From the human T2T-CHM13v2.0 reference genome, Homo sapiens: a stretch of DNA of 64,000 nucleotides. Every line of letters starts with the position of its first letter. The stretch's first letter is position 1. The position numbers and the translations under genes are program-made. Positions 30,827 through 46,783 of the stretch are shown here, piece after piece. Location: assembly GCF_009914755.1 (NCBI RefSeq), contig NC_060936.1. The stretch is one strand, 5' to 3'. Below the pieces are notes generated by a model. The model had not been told where the DNA came from. It saw only the letters and a program-made list of their open reading frames with translations, and ran no database searches.

Positions 30827-31662
30827 TTGTATTTCATTTAATCCTCATAGTCATCCCTTGGGGTATAGGATGAAGAAAAAAAGAGGAAAAGTGACTTCTT
30901 CCAAGTCACATAGCCGCTGAGGCTGAGGAGTGGGAATCCCGGCCCTGGTGGGCCCTGATTTTCATTACACCACTAGGCCTCTCTAATTTTAGTAACGTGC
31001 CTTCCTCTATAGCCTCTCTGACTTTGACAACTTGCCAGTTGCCTTCTATGGATATTCACAGCATTAAAACAATCTGAGCTAGCCGTGGAGGTGCACAGAA
31101 ATCAGTACAACCCACCCAGAGCTACAGGACCCGGGTGAGGGCTTCCAGCGGCCCTGGAGCCGTGCATGGAAAAGCTGTCTGGACAAGCTCAGCGGGAGCT
31201 CCGTGTCAGCTGTGTGATCTCTCCTCCCTGTTGTTTCTCATGTCTCAGGATGCCTAGGCATAATTCTGGGGTTTGGTGAGGACACTTCCTTTAGTAACTG
31301 GGGTTTTTTAGCCCACAAACCACTTGGAAGTAACTGGATGGGGCCTATGTGTTAGTGGCTGAAGAAGACAAAGGGTTTGCAAGAGTCTGAAACACATGCC
31401 AGTTGACTACGCCAAATAGCTCCCAAACAACTCCCCGCAGCTCAGCTGGAAGCCACGTCTCAAACAGCTGGCTCAAGAGCAGATCAGCAGGCTGCAGGCC
31501 AGAGAAGGGGCCAAAGAGGGGAGCTCCTGCCAGCCAGGATGGAGGCTCTGGCAACTCAAGTTTTTTGCCTGCTTTTTCTCCCGGACTTGCTACAAACTCT
31601 TAAACAACCAGGGTCTGATTTATGTCCCCCAAACCAGATACTGCCAGGGCCATGCCTCTTAC

Positions 31663-31791
31663 GAGATAAAGATGATCGAAGATAAGGGAGGGCTTGTCCA
31701 TCTGTCCCAAGATAAGTAGCATCTCATTGTCTATAAATTCCTTGAGTTCCTTCAAGTTACAATTCATCTGTTTCTCTAATTCATTACGAAT
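31663..31791 (-). CDS. SSH1: SSH1 exon 10 (IRNELEKQMNCNL...FDHLYL), DEK-C-like B domain to start of phosphatase domain
   Basis: cag|ATT, CTC|gtaaga; 129 nt. Confidence 0.96.
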
Positions 31792-32155
31792 CTGTGGAGT
31801 AGAAAATATTAGGAAAAGTGATTTGTTAAAGAAAACAATCGTCCACCTCAAAAGAATTAAAGTTACAATGGAAACTGTGCCTATTTCCAAAAAAGGTGGG
31901 TGTTTTTTCTCTTTCAGAGTAATACATTTAGATACACGCAACATACATGCGTGGGTGGCAGGAATGCAGGTTATTCAGCTTAGAAGTAAACCCAACTGGG
32001 TAAAGTTTATTATTTCAAATAAGGAATTTGATTTCCATGAGATCTCTTCTACCAAGTTTAAACTTACTTTTACTTTTATAATTAAATGTCAAATACATCA
32101 AATAATCTAAAATCAGTTCTATCTTTCTTGGAAAGATATCACAATATGATTTTTA

Positions 32156-32315
<160 letters not shown>

Positions 32316-32907
32316 GATTATAAATGAACTTTTAAAATGTCAATTTTAACTTCTTAGATCCATCCAGTTGAATCTCTCATTGTAATTCATTGCATGCTTT
32401 GAATAAAAAGCAATGGAAAAAAAAGTGATCCAGGAAAAAACATGAAAAGGTAAAAAGGTAGAGAGAAATTATTCTAGAATTTGATACTTGCAGGTCAAGC
32501 TGTCATCCTGTGGAGAAATAAGTCTGCTGTCTCTTCCATAAAACCCAAGGTAATAGGGAGCAGAAGAGAGAACAAGGGGGTGTTATTAAAACAGATCAAT
32601 GCTTCTCGGTGCAGTCTGTGGATCTCATGGACTTCTCCCCAAAGGCCATATAGGTGAGGCTCACAAAGGTCAAGAAATTCACTCAATGTCTCATAGCCGA
32701 TAAGCGGCAGATCTGGACTCAAACTGGAGTCTGACTCCGAGGCCTGATACAATTGTAGAACGAGGCAGAAAAAAGCCTCCGGGGGCTGATACCAGAGGAC
32801 AGGTAAAGACAACCAGATGTTGGGCCTGCTTTTGCTGCACTTTCGGGAGCAGGACACATGGAGGCTGCATGACCTCTGACCTGCAATGAAGGGAGGAGTT
32901 GTCTTAC

Positions 32908-33001
32908 CTCTTTGGAAGTCACATTTTCTAGATCCTGGCTCATCATGATGCTTCGGAGCTTGGCTTTGATGAGGCGCTCGGTCCTTTCCCCTTCAGTGGG
33001 C
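32908..33001 (-). CDS. SSH1: SSH1 exon 9 (PTEGERTERLIKAKLRSIMMSQDLENVTSKE)
   Basis: cag|G, GAG|gtaaga; 94 nt. Confidence 0.96.
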
Positions 33002-34238
33002 CTGGAAAGAAATGACGTTTAGGAGAGCAAGGAGCTGTAGAAAGCTTGTGGTCGGAGGTTACAGGAATGCCAGATGCTCCTGGGTCTAAACAGAACACGG
33101 CTTGGCAAGGAGAGCACGCTTCTTGGTGTGCATGTTCTCAGGCAGCAGGGAGAGGTGCACAGAAAACCCGCTGCAGCTCTAGAACTCCCACGGGAGTCAA
33201 CAGAGCAGGGAGCAGGTCAAGCGGGGAGAGGACAGTGTGGAAACTCCTTGCTCAGACGCTCTTAGGGCAGGATGCTGGGATGCCCAGCGCAACATCCCCA
33301 GGCCCCTGGGCCCTTGAGTCTCTGCTCGAACACGTGTGGGCATGAGGACCTCACTGTCTGAGGCAGCCCGGCCCAGCTGCAGCAGATCCCATTATCCCCT
33401 TTTTCCTCAGAATCAAAATCTGGGTATTTCCCTGCTCTGGTTTTAACTCTAGGGGACACACAGACCAGGATAATCCTTCTTCCCCATGAGGAATCTTCAA
33501 ATATTCAAAGGCAACTACCCTTCCTCCGTGATTTCAAGGCCCTCTCCTAATGTGGCTTCCCATCCCTCAGGTCTCTGCCCTCTGAACACACTGTGGTTTA
33601 TCCATAGTCTTCCCAAAATGCAGTGTCCTGGAGGAACACCACACTGTGGGAGCAGGGTCCTGACCCCGAGGGGAGGGGCGACCAGCATTCTCCCTAACTA
33701 GACTTCAGCGAGTGTGGCCTCTCCATGTCAGCGCTGTCGTAGGTCACACGACACAGGTCATGTGGTTCACCATGGCTGCTGCTAAGGCAGGCTGCCCTCA
33801 CCAGTTGTGTTTTTGGATCCAAGGAAGCAGAGGACACATTCCTAACTCTCCTCAGAGCAGAGCGGGAGGCTCTGAGAATTAAGTCTCTGGTAATCTGAAG
33901 AGAAAAGGCCAGACCACAGAGCTCTGGAAGGAGTTGGGGACACAAAGGGCCACACATTCCTTTGAGAGTCTGATGGGAGTTACGGACCCCGTCCCCAGAA
34001 ATGCATTCACCAAATTCATCAGTAATTTTTTTTTTTTTTTCTTTTTTTTGCATGGGACAGGGGCCTGTGTCACAGACCCCTGCTTTAAACGCTGGTTCTG
34101 AGAAAGCTAGGGTTCTCACTCAAGGGACTCCAGGGGAGGTGTGGCCCAATGCAGGTTCAGGGTCGGGCACAGGGCAGGTGGGGGAGAGGCAGGTGCCTGT
34201 GGGCTTGGGTGCGCTCACACCAGAGGCACCTCACTTAC

Positions 34239-34433
34239 TTGTCCACAAATAGCGCGGGGGAGTCGGGCCGCGTAGACTCCAGGTCCTGCATGGCGTTCCA
34301 CTCGTTGATGCAGCTCTGCTCGGAGCTGATGCAGCTCTCATAGTAGGTAGCCCAGATGAGAGCTACACCCCCGGGGAAGTAGTTGTGCCTCCGGGCCACT
34401 TCGCAGGCCTTGTGAAGCACCTGCAGGGCAGAC
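34239..34433 (-). CDS. SSH1: SSH1 exon 8 (SALQVLHKACE...ALFVDK)
   Basis: cag|G, AA|gtaagt; 195 nt. Confidence 0.96.
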
Positions 34434-34547
34434 CTGGGGCGAGGAGAAGACAGGGTCAGGCCTGGGAAGGCACAAGAGATGCAGGGTTTTCTCCTCTGAC
34501 AAAGGGGTTCAAATACGGGAAGGGAAGGGCAATGATTGATTGGTTGA

Positions 34548-34919
<372 letters not shown>

Positions 34920-35427
34920 TGAAACATTCAGCCCGCCAGGACACGGAGCTAGTCCTTGGGACATATTCACTGATTGAATCTAAGAGTGGCCAGAACACCC
35001 CACATTATTTCCAAAGAGCAGCAGAAACAAACAACAACAAACTACTTCATAACTCTTCCAATCAGGTGGTTCACGGGTTATTTTACAACCCATCAATTAA
35101 CTCCAGAGAATTAAGAACTGCTCCTGAAGCGTGGTAACCCTGAACATATGTTCATATGACCCACATTGAACCTAAGACCCACAATTAAGCTTAGCAGCTG
35201 GAAGAAAAAGTCTTTAATATGCAACAGAGACATCTGCCTGCATTCTAAATAATTACATTTCCACCCATCCCCCCATCAACATTCTAATAGCTTAGATGCT
35301 TAGATTTCTTAAGAAAACAAGTTCTAGAAAGTCATTTTAATATAGAAACTAACTGAAGAGGTTTGGGGAGCAGACTGGGAAACAATATTAAGAATCTATG
35401 TTTTATTTAGTCACCCTCTTTTACTTC

Positions 35428-35740
35428 TTTTTTTTTTTTTTTTTTTTTTTTTTGTTTGAGAGAGAGTCTCACTCCATCGCCCGGGCTGGAGTGCAGGGGC
35501 GTGATCTCGGTTCACGGCAACCTCCATGTCCTGGGTTCAACTAATTCTCTTGCCTCAGCCTCCTGAGTAGCTGGGACTACAGGTGTGTACCGTCACACCT
35601 GGCTATTTTTTGTATTTTTAGTACAGACAGCATTTTGCCATGTTGGCCAGGCTGGTCTCAAACTCCTGACCTCAGGTCATCCACCCACCGTGGCCTCCCA
35701 AAGTGCTGGGGTTACAGTTGTGAGCCACCACGCCTAGCCC
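35428..35740 (-). mobile_element. AluS
   Basis: Dimer; TSD ttttacttcttttt. Confidence 0.93.
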
Positions 35741-35772
35741 ATTTTACTTCTTTTTACAAAAATATAGGCTGA

Positions 35773-36238
<466 letters not shown>

Positions 36239-36298
36239 TCATGCTGTCGGCTAAGAAAATATTTCTAGGGAGTTAAAAGTCCCTAAAACCACACTTAC

Positions 36299-36364
36299 CA
36301 CATGGCCTGGACAGACACAGGCTTAAATATGTGCATCCTTCCTGCTGTGCTCACGCTGAACCCA
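36299..36364 (-). CDS. SSH1: SSH1 exon 7 (GFSVSTAGRMHIFKPVSVQAMW)
   Basis: cag|T, TG|gtaagt; 66 nt. Confidence 0.96.
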
Positions 36365-36820
36365 CTGAGAATAAAACACAGAGAGAAAGGTATCTGTGGT
36401 GAGAAATCAGCGCCTTGAGTGAAATCACTCTGGGAGGAGGGAGCCAAACCACTGCGCACGCTGGGAACAAGCACATCTCAGGCCACATGATGAGGGATTT
36501 TACGGAACCCGCTTTCGCAGAGACATGGGCAAGGGCAGAAAGAGACACATTCCCAGATGAGGAGGGCTTGTTTTTAACCCAGCACTGCGAGTTCCACCAA
36601 AAACTGAAACCCTAGCAAAGGGTGCCAGGTGAAGGCCTCCAAGAGCGTCTCTCTATGTTCCAACGTGGTTCCTGCCTCCCTGCCACCTCCTGTCCCACAG
36701 GCCCGGCCGTTCCTTTTTGTAATTGCATGGAAACTATATTCATAGGATTGCACGGAAAATAATCAATATATAAAAATATCTATTAATACATTAATATAAA
36801 TATGTTAATATAAAATACTA

Positions 36821-37159
<339 letters not shown>

Positions 37160-37865
37160 TTAAAATTAAAAAGGAAAAATATCCCCATAACCCCATCACT
37201 TAAACAACAAATCAAATTTTTATTTTTCTCTTCCCATCCTACAAGGCAACATAACTCTGACCTGCTTAGAATCCCCGTGTCAGGCCACTTTCCTATTCTG
37301 TTTCTTCCCACTCCTCACCGTGCCCACACACCTTCCTTGGGAGTGAACGCGTGCGGACGCTAGACGGCCCCTCATCCCCCGACTGCCTGCCCGGGTGGAA
37401 CTGGTTCATTCCTCCTTTGTGGCCCCCAGGGTGGCGCTTGAAACCTTGTTGTGCCTGTCAGTTGTATGTCTCTCCTTGTACCCCCAAAGCTGGTGAGTTC
37501 CTGCTGCACCACATTAGTCCGTGAACTTTCAGGACAAGCCCCATGGAGGGCATGCGGTGAGAGTTCACTTAACCCATCGAGGTGGCGGATGGGTATCGGT
37601 TTACCGCTGTCTTGAACTTCACACAGCAGCATATCTCCTGTAATCACTCCCACTGATACTTCATGAGCTAAACTCCCCAATCAGACGTCCAAAACATACC
37701 CTCCCTCGTGCCCTCTCACTCGAGGGCAATATGATTTCTCCCGCTGTGACACTCCCGCCACACGTGTCATTCAGTGCTAATGATCATCCAAGGATGCCTG
37801 AACCAGCTCGTGTTTTCAATGCCTACTACATACAGTGAGAGAATCTTTTAAAGAGACCTCCTTAC

Positions 37866-37934
37866 CCATCTCCATCAAGGTGGATTTTCGTGTCGCTCCA
37901 CAGTCGGAGAACCATCCCAATGGTGCAGCTTTTA
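37866..37934 (-). CDS. SSH1: SSH1 exon 6 (KSCTIGMVLRLWSDTKIHLDGDG)
   Basis: cag|T, GG|gtaagg; 69 nt. Confidence 0.96.
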
Positions 37935-39459
37935 CTGCGATGGGGGAGAGAAGACATGTGGAGTCAGCGTCTACCCACCTACGTGTACAGCCTTTCCAGC
38001 TCACCACCTGGTCCAGGACGGGCTGTTGGACGTACGTGTGGGAGTAGGCTGTCTGCATAGGAACCGTTCACTGATGAATTCTAGAAGACACAGGTCTGGG
38101 ATGGCCCTGTGGACACAACTCCGTAAGTGCTCAGCTGAGGCTTTTGGGTGCAGTGTGGGCTGACCGCACACCCACTCTACAGCAGGGAGGCAGCTGCCCA
38201 GGGCTGGTGCTCTGCTGGCGGAGGCCACATGTGTACTTGGGGGTACATAGGCAAGCACCGGCAGCCAAGCCCGGCCTGGCCTGTCCTGGGTGGCGGCGGG
38301 GGGAGCGTGCTCACACCGTTCCCGGAGCTCACTTTCAGACCTGTGCACCTGCGCCTTTAGTGTGGCTGCGGTTTTACAATCTCGCTTAATCTGGTTTTGT
38401 TTTGCCCATCCTACCAGTGAAATGAGACCGAATGACTGCAGAGACTGGCGCCACTGAAAAACAGAGGGAAAGAAAGGGCTTATCGGAGAGTCCTCAGATT
38501 ATGATGAAAATTCTTCAGGCATTTAAAAGTCGACTTGTGAGAAGCCGCTGTAACCGTGCCAAGAGCCAGCTCTGTGGACCTCAGGAATCTCATGCTTCCA
38601 TCTCTGCTGCTGCCAACACCACGGTCATGTTTTATGTGTGCCCGTGTGAATGGGGCCTCTGGGGATCACAGACCCAGCTCCCCTCCCAGGTAGCGCCCTG
38701 CCCCATGCAGGACTCTTCTCAACCCCATGCTTCTATATCTGTGGGGAAGGTTGTTCCAAGCCCTTCCGGCCAATGACACTCAGGCTTTTGGGTTGGGCAA
38801 ATTCTCAGGTCCCTCCGTGCCATCCTACCCACTCTGGAGGGACTAACTAGTATTTCTCTTATAGCACTGAAAAATAAAATTTATTTTGGGCCTCACAGAG
38901 CTCTAGGGACCACGTGGCTGTGTCAGCCCCAGGAGGAGGCAAGGAAAGGGTCCCTATGGAGCCCAAATCCGACAGGCAGAAGCCAGGTCAGATGGTGCCC
39001 TGAGAACGTGCAGTCTAGAAGACCCAACCTGAGCCCTGACAACCCTCACCAGGAACTCATAAGGAGGTGGGTACAGCACAGAGAGCTGCAGAGAGCACAG
39101 GACGGGGGCAGGGCCAAGGCCAGGCCTAGGCCAGGGGCGGGGCCTTCCAGGGCAGGCGGAGGTCAAGGGGGCAGGGATGAGACTGCCCATGGGAAATAAG
39201 GGGCACATAAAACCATGTGGAACCTAAGCCCCTAGGCCGGCCTCCCTTGGACAGAGATGCGCAAGAGGCTCAGCCCACAGGGGACTTCTGCTCACGGCCT
39301 TCAACTAGAGCCAGGAGCATGGAACAGGGACCATACAGGACTGCAACAACTGCACGCATCTCCTATCATCCCCTAGCTGTTACTTTTGTGAGTTTCCAGC
39401 AGTCCTACAATGATTAACAATAAGATTTCTACAAGGAAGGAAGACCCATGGGAAGCATA

Positions 39460-39727
39460 TTTTTCTTTTCTTTTTTTTTTTTTTTGAGCCAGAGTCTTGC
39501 TCCGTTGCCCAGGCTGGAATACAGTGGTGTAATCACAGCTCACTGCAGCCTCGACCTCCAGGGCCTAATCAATCCTCCCACCTCAGCCTCCTGAGTAGCT
39601 AGGACCACAGGCACATGCCACTATGCCCAGCTTTTTAAAAAAAACTTTTTTGTACAGATAAGGCCCCACTATATTGCCCAGGCTGGTCTTAAACTCCTGG
39701 GCTCAAGCAGTCCTCTTGTCTCCACCT
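39460..39727 (-). mobile_element. 5'-truncated AluJ
   Basis: Dimer lacking first ~45 nt. Confidence 0.9.
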
Positions 39728-40035
39728 GGGGAGCATACATGGGAAGCAGGAAAGGGATACATAGTAAGGGAAGCTGAATCTTTTTAGAGGAAGAGTGACC
39801 CCAAAGGATAAAGTGGGTGGGAGCAATTGCAGAAGAAGAAAGCAGGCTCCAAGTTCCTAGGGCCTGTATGGCGGGAACAGAGAAGCCAGATGGGTCTGGA
39901 GGTCCAGGCAGGAGACCAGCCTGTTCCAAGACCCCATCGTGGAGTCCTTCACCAATGGCAAAACACTGATGTGTGGATGGTGGTGTACACTCATGGCATT
40001 CAAAATGTTCCCAATCCGAATCGAAAACATAATCC

Positions 40036-40336
40036 TGCTCGGGTGTGGTGGCTCATACCTGTAATCCCAGCACTTTGGGAGGTGGAGACAAGAGGACTGC
40101 TTGAGCCCAGGAGTTTGAGACCAGCCTGGGCAATAGTGATTTTTTTAAAAATTATATATAAAAAAAAATTAGCTGGGAATGGTGGCATGTGCCTGTGGCC
40201 TCGGCTACTCAGGGGGCTGAGGTAGGAGAAATGATTGATTCTGGGAGGTTGAGGCTGCAATGAGCCTTGATTTCACCACTCCAGCCTGGGTGACAGAGCG
40301 AGATCCTGTCTCCAAATTAAAAAAAAAAAAAAAAAA
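40036..40336 (+). mobile_element. AluJ
   Basis: Dimer plus A tail. Confidence 0.9.
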
Positions 40337-40463
40337 GGAAGGAAAGGGAAGGGGAGGGGAGGGGAGGGGAGGGGAAGGGAAGGGAAGGGGAAGGGAAGGT
40401 GAAAGGGAAGGGAAGCGAAGGGGAAGGGGATAGGGAAAACAGGAAAAGAAAGAAGAGAAGAGA
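40337..40463. repeat. Polypurine (GGGAA/GGGGA)n tract
   Basis: Almost pure purine run grown from the Alu tail. Confidence 0.92.
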
Positions 40464-40546
40464 ATAGAATCCACGATTGAACCCTAAGGTGGCATGGCTG
40501 CTCTGGTCTTCCCAGGATGCGTATGCAGATATAAGACTCTGAGTGA

Positions 40547-40846
<300 letters not shown>

Positions 40847-42829
40847 TTTGAGAGTGCGCAAGCCTGCTGCAGGAGCCGCCATTCCAATGCTGCCTTCTGG
40901 AGAAGCGTTGGACTCTTATGAAGATGCCCTTTGGGGGTAATGCTTGTCTCTTCCTTTTTTTTTTTGGCAGGGGGAATAAAAAAATAAAATCCCAAGGAAG
41001 GAATTTAGAAAAAACAAGTACATTGCTCCCTCAGCAGGCCAAAGGCTTCTGGCGGGGACCTGGACTTTTTTTCAAGCCAGGAAGGAAGACAACAGCCTGG
41101 TGCCCGGGCAATGTGGGAGCTGCAGGAGAAGGCCCAGTTCCCAGCCCCCGGGATTCCCTGGGCACAGAAGGCAGCTGTGTCAGGCCCAGCGACAGGAAAG
41201 ACTGCTTAGTTCCGGTTCCCATCAGGCCCCTGCTCATCTTGGGTGGCCTCTCAACCGCCCTCTCCAACCTCAGAGACCTGCCCTGGCCTTGGGGTCGGTG
41301 CCCACAGGTGGGCCGTGGCTCCTGCTCAGAGGGTGCAGAGACTCGAACTTGAGGGAAGAGCATGCAGGAGAGGCGAGGGAACCACAGGGAGAGGGACCTG
41401 GGAGAACTGAAGTCGGGGTGCCGAGGGGAGGCAAAGGGAGGAGAGGGTGGGAAGGAAGAGCGCCATGGGGGCGGTGCGGACGAGCGCACGGGCCAGTCTC
41501 CTCCAGCCAGGCAGCAGCGGAGTGGGATGCGCATGTGGGCATCTAAGGCATGCCCGTGACTGCTGGCCTGTGAGCTCTGTGAGACTGTAGGTGTGTCTGC
41601 CGTGCTCCCTGATGTGGCCCCAGCACCTGGCGGGGCGCCCGGCACAGGGAAAGAGCTAGCAAGTCCATACATGATAAACCTAGGAGTGAATGAATGAGCA
41701 AGGTGGTGTACAGGAAGAGAGCTGCAGCCTGCTGGGAAAGAATGAGTGGCATCTACTCATTCAGCAGGTCGACAGGAAAAGCCCTGCCTCCAAGTCCCAG
41801 CCCGGCCACTAACCGGGATGACCCTGGGGTAATCACTGCAGCCTCGTGAGCTTCTGACTGTCATGTGTAAAATCTGAGGTAGCACTACCCACCCCAGGGG
41901 GATGAAGGGGTTAAATGAGATGTTCACAGAGGCATTTTGTAGGTGTGCTGTACTCTACAGTCAGGAGGACTGGGCTTCCACACTGCTCCCACGGTTAGGA
42001 TCAAGACATTGGGCACAGGCCATGGGAGGCCGATTTCCGTTCGGGATCAGAAAGCATTATTGGAACAGGCCACACTTGCGAGGGAAGTCCCTGCCTCAGA
42101 AAGATTCAGAAAAGCTAGACAGTCACTGGAAGAACAATTACAACCGCAAGACGGTCAAACACTAAACACCGCTATGCCTCAGAACCGTACAGATAATGGC
42201 CAAATAGATGGGGCTCTGGGCATTTCTGAGAGCACCTGCCTGGTGGCACCCCATCCTAATGGACCATGCCCTCCAGTCTCCAAGTGGCTCTTCAGAGCTC
42301 ACATCCGAACACCTCCTATGCTACAGGTTCTTCTAGCCCCAGGTTCCCAACCACCCCAAGGCCACAGAGGCCAGCCCCAACTCCATCTTCTACATGTGTC
42401 ACAGGAAACTTTCTCATAGTGCTATTTATTATGTACTGCGGGGGTGGGGGCCATGTCATAAAAGAAATGTCCTCCCTTTTTTATTCATCTCCTTCTAACA
42501 AGCATCAAAGTCTCAGTCGCTAGCATGTGACTTACAGAAGCTCTCATGGGAACAAGACAAGACCATACTGTTACCGTGACACTCACGGCCTCCCTGACTG
42601 GTTTCTGCTGTTGATTCTGCCTCAAATGCTCCTCAAATGCACCTTGCTGCTCCGCCTCCACCCTAGAGCTCGCCTGACTGCCCACTTGCCCGTTAAGAGT
42701 CGGCTTAGGCTTCACTCCTGCCAGAAAGGTCCTGCCAGGTGCTCTCAACAGTCACCCCCTCCTGTGGTCTCACAAAACCCCAGCACCTCTCGGTCACTCT
42801 CTCCCTCCTATCTGGTTGTGACTGTCTTC

Positions 42830-42976
42830 CATGCTCACTTAGAAGCTCTCTGAGGCCAAGAACTGTGTGTACTGTTGCTTCTTTGTTTACCTGGGCCTAG
42901 CCCATTGCCTCATACACAGGAGAATGCAAATAAATCATATGCTTAATGAATGAGTCGATGAATGAATGATGAATAA
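42830..42976 (+). mobile_element. L2 3' end
   Basis: agaagctctctgagg...aataaat...(tgaa)n terminus. Confidence 0.6.
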
Positions 42977-43423
42977 AGGGAATCTAATCTAGTTTTAACA
43001 AATCCAGGTTTTGCAATGATCTCACAGGCATTCATTTATCTTGTGATGTCAGGGGAGTGACTCCACCCTCATTTCACACGCATCTTGGGGTCAATGCTCT
43101 AACTTACTTGGCCTCCAGTTAGTGGGAAATTACAAGCTACACTTCAAGCCTCTGACTAGGACCTGCCATGAAGTACTTGGGAATCAGTGGAGTATCACTG
43201 TGGGGTGAGGTGTCTGAGGCGAGGCCCACCAATCTCCATACTTCTCCCCGGGCCCCTCTGCCTGAGAGGGTCTCCCTGCTTCCCTTGGCAGACTCTGGTT
43301 TGGCCTTCTGGGTTCGGCGTTGTTGTCACCTCCTTCAGGAAGCATTTCTGGCTAAGGTGCCCCACTCTATAGCAGCTGGTGTAAAACCTCTCTAAGCAAA
43401 CAGCATAACTTTCTGTCCTCTCA

Positions 43424-44207
<784 letters not shown>

Positions 44208-44522
44208 GCGGAAGTTCTTGACAGCAGGAACCAGGCCTCGTTTCTCTCTGTAGCACCAGGGACGCCGCCTGGCTCAGAGGAATCACCCAAAATGCAAGAA
44301 ATCAGTGAACACATGAAATCCAAAGAAAGTTCGTATTTAGCTTATTTAACTGCCGTGGAGACCTGTTTCATCCCTCCTCCCGCCCCTCTGGGGAACTGAG
44401 GAGTCAACCTGGCTTTGGCTTTAGTGCACAATTTGAGAATTTGTTGTAACCTAAAAGCTTTTCCCCTTATCATTCACGAATGGTTCCCCACCAGGTTTCA
44501 CAATTAAAAATTAAAACTTGCT

Positions 44523-44821
<299 letters not shown>

Positions 44822-44853
44822 TTTTTTAACTTGACATTCTCACTGCTTCTTAC

Positions 44854-44918
44854 CAGCTTGATTCTGTCTTCGCAACGCAGAAGGTTGATCATCACCTGAA
44901 GATGTTGAGGCAGATCAC
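44854..44918 (-). CDS. SSH1: SSH1 exon 4 (DLPQHLQVMINLLRCEDRIKL)
   Basis: cag|GT, CTG|gtaaga; 65 nt. Confidence 0.96.
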
Positions 44919-45328
44919 CTGTTGGACCAATAAAGAAAGCTTTAAAAGGTCTCTTACCTACTCTCTAGGAAAAAAAACCTCTGAAAGGCTGACTTTGAGG
45001 GCTTGGAAAAAGATTGAGAAGTTAAAATTTGTCTACCTACACCACAGGAGAATCACCACAAAAACTTCAAGTCTGAATTTCTCTTACACCACTCTGAATA
45101 CTGTGCGACGTGGATGGGTGACATGGAGCTTACTGTCATGTTGTTAAAAGTTGCTCTTATTTCCTGAAATACATACAGTATAGGTTTCCAAATACAAAAT
45201 GTGAAAAATACAGGCAAGCCTAGAGAAAAATGTTATTTCATTCAAGCCAATGTTACTCGGCAGGTTGGGGTGCCTAGAAACGACAGCTGTGGCTGGAAGT
45301 AAGGCATTTGCTAAGAGTTAATCATTAG

Positions 45329-45659
<331 letters not shown>

Positions 45660-46151
45660 CCACTTCAAACTTCTGCATTTTCCACTGGAGGCAGACATTA
45701 TTTCCATAACCGGGGGGGCGGGGGGAAATGTTTAAGTGACTCTACAGATAGCAGCTGTATGCTGGTTGCCCAGAGAAATAATTTGAATAGAAACCAATCT
45801 GTCATTTTCTCTTTTCTTGCTAAAAATTATGTACTCTTTTTTCTTCACTATGTAAAACAGGCAGTAACCAGGGACGGCTTCTGAACTTCTCTGAGCTGCC
45901 CCAGGGTTCAGGAGGTGTTCCTGGAGTGCAGTGAGGAAAGTCTCTTACTGGCCATGAGTCTCGCGCGAAGCAGAGACCCTGTCAGAAGAAGCGCACACTT
46001 TCACGGAGGGGAAAGTTGTAAGGGAGGTGCATAATTAGTAAGTAGCAGGTGTGACTCCAAGGTTGCTTTTTTTCTCTAGCTTACACATTTTTCTTTATAT
46101 CTGCAAGGATTTCTTTCTGAAGAAAGGGTCATCTGTAGAGATGCTAATATC

Positions 46152-46418
46152 AGCCTGGTGTGGTGGCTCACACCTGTAATCCCAGTGCTTTGGGAGGCCG
46201 AGGCAGGAGACTCACTTGAGGCCAGGCATTCAAGACCAGTCTGGGCAACATGGCAAGACCCCATCTCTACAGAAAAGTAAAAAATTAGCTGGGCTTTCTG
46301 GTTCACATCTGTAGTCCCAGCTACTTGGGAGGCCAAGGCAGGAGGATCGCTGGAGCCCAGGAGTTTGAGATCACCCTGGGCAACACGATAAGACCCTGTC
46401 TCTACAAAGGAAAAAAAA
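46152..46418 (+). mobile_element. AluJ-type left-arm/left-arm chimera
   Basis: Second arm ends in left-arm sequence (ggagtttgagatcaccctgggcaac). Confidence 0.8.
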
Positions 46419-46641
46419 TTACTCTATACATCACAATTACAACCCCAAAAGGATCAATAATGCTTACACACTCAAATGCTCCAAAAGGAAACATTGTGTT
46501 TGTTCCTTTTGCAAAAGCATCTTTTTCATTTTAAGGGAGAAGGACAGATGATGTCCAAATTGCACTTCCTGTCTCAGAGAGGAATTGGGTCATTAGAAAT
46601 TTGTGCCTCTAGCCAGGAGGGTAGATCTCATGTTAAGCGTT

Positions 46642-46783
46642 CTTTCTTTTTCTTTTTTTTTCAACAGAGACAGGGTTTTGCCATGTTGCCCAGGCTGGTC
46701 TCGAACTCCTGGACTCAAATGATCCTCTCACCTCAGCCTCCCAAAGTGCTGGGATTATAGGCATGAGCCACCAAACCCAGGCC
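46642..46783 (-). mobile_element. FLAM
   Basis: Monomer; TSD ttaagc(g/a)ttcttt. Confidence 0.85.

Noticed and set aside
38001-38070. Possible upstream alternative acceptor for exon 6 (atcag|TGAACGG) giving a truncated protein
   Set aside because: Weak pyrimidine tract and no support beyond frame compatibility
41031-41672. 213-aa minus-strand Pro/Ser-rich ORF
   Set aside because: Low complexity, explained by local GC content, no domain
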